This document shows, one piece after another, positions 63,270-64,000 of a DNA stretch of 64,000 nucleotides. The translations under genes and the position numbers were made by a program. The DNA comes from Deltaproteobacteria bacterium (GTDB lineage: Bacteria > Desulfobacterota > Deferrisomatia > Deferrisomatales > BM512), in the NCBI GenBank assembly GCA_030591565.1, contig JAUVAU010000001.1:174677-238676 (forward strand). Direction: 5' to 3'. The notes beneath the pieces were generated by a model. The model made no database searches. It was not told where the DNA came from and saw nothing but the letters and a program-made list of their open reading frames with translations. Within the stretch, counting starts at the first letter, position 1. Every line of letters starts with the position of its first letter.

Positions 63270-64000
63270 TGCTGCTGCCCCCGCCTGCGAAGGAGCAAGA
63301 GGAAGAATGGCGCACCGATAAGCGCCGTGACTACACCCACTGGTATCTCGGCGGGTGCAAACACCGTGCGGGCGATGCCGTCGGAAAAGAGAATGAAAGT
63401 TGCACCTAGAATAGCTGCGCCGGGGAGCAGTCTGCGGTGGCTCCCACCCCAGAAAAGCCTCACCACATGGGGCGCAACCAATCCCACAAACCCCACAAGG
63501 CCCGCCACGGCAACGGCTGAAGCGGCAAGCGCACCGGCGGCTAAAAAGACGGTGAGGCGGGCTCGCCCAACATCCAGACCCAGATCGGCCGCCACCTCTT
63601 CGCCCTGGGTGAAAAGATCAAGTGCGGGCGCCTGCAACCAGAGCGCGCCAAAGGAGATCATCGCCAGCAAAGCAGTCCACACAAACCAGTCTGGAGCTAC
63701 CTCCGAGAGGTTGCCCGAGAGCCAGAAAAACGCGGTGCGCACGGTATCGGCAGGAGCCATCCAGAGAAAGAATAAAAGGAGCGCGCTGCAAAAGCTTCCC
63801 ACCATCACCCCCGACAGGATCAGTGCATACGTAGAGGCTCGCTGTGCGCTTGCAACCAGATAGACAACCCCCAGTGCACCCATAGCTCCCATAAACGCAG
63901 CGACAGGCACCAGCGTTGCCGCCGCATTTGCCCCACCAAAGGTGATTACAGTGACCGCGCCCAGCGCCGCACCGCCGGAAACACCGAGTAGATAGGGATC
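63266..64000 (-). CDS. FecCD/BtuC-family ABC permease (5' end outside window)
   Basis: The frame stays open to the window edge (...DPYLLGVSGGAALGAV...). It is multi-TM with a C-terminal GAPFFLLLLRR, and has a 4-nt overlap with the ATPase gene. Confidence 0.85.
   Translation of the reverse strand, partial: DPYLLGVSGGAALGAVTVITFGGANAAATLVPVAAFMGAMGALGVVYLVASAQRASTYALILSGVMVGSFCSALLLFFLWMAPADTVRTAFFWLSGNLSEVAPDWFVWTALLAMISFGALWLQAPALDLFTQGEEVAADLGLDVGRARLTVFLAAGALAASAVAVAGLVGFVGLVAPHVVRLFWGGSHRRLLPGAAILGATFILFSDGIARTVFAPAEIPVGVVTALIGAPFFLLLLRRRGQQQ

Noticed and set aside
1-64000. CRISPR arrays, rRNA genes, IS transposases and integrases.
   Set aside because: No regularly spaced direct repeats with unique spacers were seen. 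No rRNA-like conserved stretches were seen. No ORF showed transposase (DDE) or recombinase (R..H..R..Y, or serine recombinase) signatures in any frame examined.

Overview
This is a gene-dense stretch of a fairly high-GC Gram-negative chromosome; LapB, the Mla system, LolA and TonB are all present. A membrane-bound [NiFe] uptake-hydrogenase operon with a b-type cytochrome, plus SelB and FdhD, suggests an anaerobic delta-proteobacterium-like host, but the taxon is inference only. About 60 protein genes are supportable. Most are housekeeping: pepF, rsmB, rel, hydrogenase small/large/cyt b/protease, mlaEFDA, comF, gpmI, lapB, fdhD, selB, rsmE, argC, rpsI-rplM, uppP, ftsK, lolA, rimO, apbE, fetAB-like, purNM, htpG, ilvE, srkA, tonB and an Fe/B12-type ABC importer. 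There are two tRNAs, Phe-GAA and Lys-CUU, and no rRNA or CRISPR array. Six things are not ordinary core genome. (1) A ~60-bp promoter-like module (TTGCAA-N17-GAGAAT with an embedded hairpin) occurs five times between 54.6 and 61.1 kb. Each copy sits upstream of a co-oriented minus-strand accessory gene, and four of the five first genes encode predicted exported proteins. (2) An integrase-less accessory region follows tRNA-Lys. It holds a transglutaminase-like gene fragment, a signal-anchored 14-repeat WD40 protein, and an excisionase-like HTH gene followed by a DnaB_N/DUF3987-like gene. (3) A strongly AT-rich single-gene islet encodes a PIN-like protein with an unknown C-terminal half. (4) An orphan three-gene lysis-type cassette (small TM protein, DUF5675-like, 3-TM holin-like) lies directly upstream of tRNA-Phe, which is followed by duplicated tRNA 3'-end scars. 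(5) A 230-310 bp intergenic repeat family is present in six copies. (6) Smaller oddities include a terminator-like hairpin in the hydrogenase leader, homopolymer and tandem repeats in mlaA, an ABC ATPase with an extra C-terminal domain, and convergent gene overlaps. All family names come from reading the translations by eye. No database search was run.
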